A program made the position numbers and the translations under genes. From Anthoceros angustus (Eukaryota; Plantae; Anthocerotophyta), in the NCBI GenBank assembly GCA_010909165.1, contig VJWM01000044.1:744001-808000 (forward strand): a DNA stretch of 64,000 nucleotides. The letters run 5' to 3'. The notes under the pieces are model-generated. The model was not told where the DNA came from. It saw nothing but the letters and a program-made list of their open reading frames with translations, and searched no databases. Shown piece by piece: positions 62,199-64,000 of this stretch; within the stretch, counting starts at the first letter, position 1; each line of letters begins with the position of its first letter.

Positions 62199-63110
62199 CA
62201 ACACGGGGCTCAATTCCAGACCCCCGGCCGGCCCATTTGTGGTGCCTTTAAGTAGCCCGGATCGTCCCGGCGCTCGTCATTGCGGTTGGGGGTTGGGAAT
62301 CATCTATGTGCCCAAAACTACGAGATCGAGCGAATCGTTCATTTTACATGGTGTATGAAATATGTGGTGCCTGTCCTGTTTTAAACTGCGATTTTATGTT
62401 TGGGATTATTTTCTTAGGAAACGCCTCCGAAGAGTTCATAGAAGGCGCAAGATTTGTTGCAAGCTTTGAGCCTTACATCGGGAGCTATCTCGAAGGAAGT
62501 GAAGTTATCATAGCAACTGGCCCAGTCGATCCAAGAAATTTGGCCCTACATATACTATTCTTGCTACAGATACTATTCTTGGAACTCTAGTTTAACATCA
62601 AATCTGTTTTGGAGTATGACTCCATAAGGGTTTAGGGGTTTATTTACTATGCACCTCGGAATTATGCACCACTAGTGTATTTGCATGAAAGCTTAGAAAG
62701 AACTAGCATCCCAACAAGCCAGTTTCCTAAAGAGCACGCTTGTTTCCCAAGAGCGAGTCAAAGTTTCTCAAGAGGAGGCTGCTTTCCCAAAGAGCGCTTT
62801 AGTTGAGCGAGACCCAAAAGCGCAAGACCTTTGTTAAGTTATATTAAGTTAAGTTTCCAAAGAGCGTACTCGTTTCCCAAAGAGTGTACTAATTTCCCAA
62901 GGAGGTAATGGTGTGGCAAACAGGGTGTTGATTTGATTTGCTAGAGAACATGATGATTTCCGAAGAACGCGCTCTTGCAAAGGATGTGCTCATTCCGTGC
63001 ACAGCGCGCTGATAGGACATGTAAATAGTAAGATTATTTGTTTTATTTATAGTTGAGGAGACTCGCGTGCTTCTAAACTCACCCAAGGGAGTATTGCATC
63101 CAAATACTGG

Positions 63111-64000
63111 CACTACAAGAGAAAGACCCCTTTTTACAACACAATTTGCAACGTATTTTACAACTATTTTTCAATGAGGTGTTATAAAATCCTTTGCACT
63201 TAAACCACTTCATGGCGTTGTAAAATGCTGACATGGCGGATGACATGGCACTTAACCATTACCCGGCTAATCGGCTGCCAGGTCATGTACCCGACGGGTA
63301 CGGAATTTACAATGGCCTTTACAACCTTCGAGGTTTCCTATAGTTATTTCTCAATGATTTGCAACGGATTGTACGACGACTAGTACAACAAAATTTCCAA
63401 CACTTAAAGATGTCTTAGTGATTTACAATAGTCTTTGCAGTGTGAGTTACAACACGGCTTAGTGATTTACAACGTTCGTTTATAATATGATTTACTACGA
63501 TTTTACAACAGCTTGAACAACACAAACTACAACCTTAATTGAAAAACGTATTTACAACACAACTTACAACATGCATCAAAATTAGTGCAATGCCTATTAC
63601 AACACGTATTGCAACATAAGTTACAACATGAATTCCAATTCGTGCAATGTAAATTACAACACTTATTACAACAGGTTGAGACGTCTCAAACATTTACAAA
63701 AACTAATGCAACGTAAATTACAACACATATTACAATTTATGTTTTAAAATTGTATCTAGAATATATAAACAACGTTGTATTTTGTAATTTGCAATCCTAT
63801 TGTAACTTACATAGGTGGGGGATTTTATTGAGGTGAACAAACGATCCTATTGTAACTTACATTGCACTCTTATTGTAGTTTACGTTGCAATTTTAAAACA
63901 TAAGTTGTAATACCTATTGTAATTTACGTTGCACTCCTATTGTAGTCGGTAAGGCGGGGAGGGGAGGGGAGGGGGCAAGTGTTATTCGAAATGACAAGAC
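63111..64000 (+). mobile_element. Terminus of a CACTA (En/Spm) element running off the window
   Basis: Starts CACTACAAGA, followed by many TTACAAC-type subterminal repeats that switch to the inverted orientation (TTGTAA) after ~63770. Confidence 0.8.

Noticed and set aside
61678-62199. 173-aa ORF starting MDFWISGFQDFWISG
   Set aside because: The N-terminus is just the translation of the octamer repeat; no coding evidence.
1-64000. rRNA, tRNA or prokaryotic operon/defence system
   Set aside because: No recognisable structural RNA motifs were seen by eye; genes are intron-containing plant genes. A tRNAscan/Infernal run would be needed to exclude small ncRNAs.

Overview
Eukaryotic nuclear DNA from a non-flowering land plant. 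Hornwort-like is my inference, from compact GC-rich genes with ~80-150 nt GT-AG introns and the retention of HslV and a Slo/BK-type K+ channel. The window has a TE-derived left flank (1-10.3 kb: Copia RNase H remnant, degenerate ParB/Srx-like ORF, 57-bp coding-like tandem repeat). A gene island without recognisable TEs follows (10.9-46.1 kb: JAGGED-like C2H2 TF, DUF1218, Slo/BK-like channel, extensin-like receptor kinase with a ~1,150-aa Pro-rich ectodomain, G-protein beta, DUF676 lipase-like, plastid-type MATE/DTX, RPN8, HslV). Then come a TE block (46.4-57.5 kb: Copia, LINE, possible solo LTR, complete PIF/Harbinger with TIRs and TAA TSD), a zf-4CXXC_R1 (CDCA7-type) fusion gene (58.7-61.8 kb) and a CACTA element end. 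The best candidate for undescribed biology is a pair of homologous, phase-matched, obligatorily mutually exclusive TM1 exons in the MATE gene, resembling the two angiosperm paralog types (DTX45-like vs DTX42/43/44-like). Three apparent 1-bp deletions in short homopolymers suggest residual long-read errors. Exon boundaries were read by eye and family assignments come from recalled motifs, not database searches.
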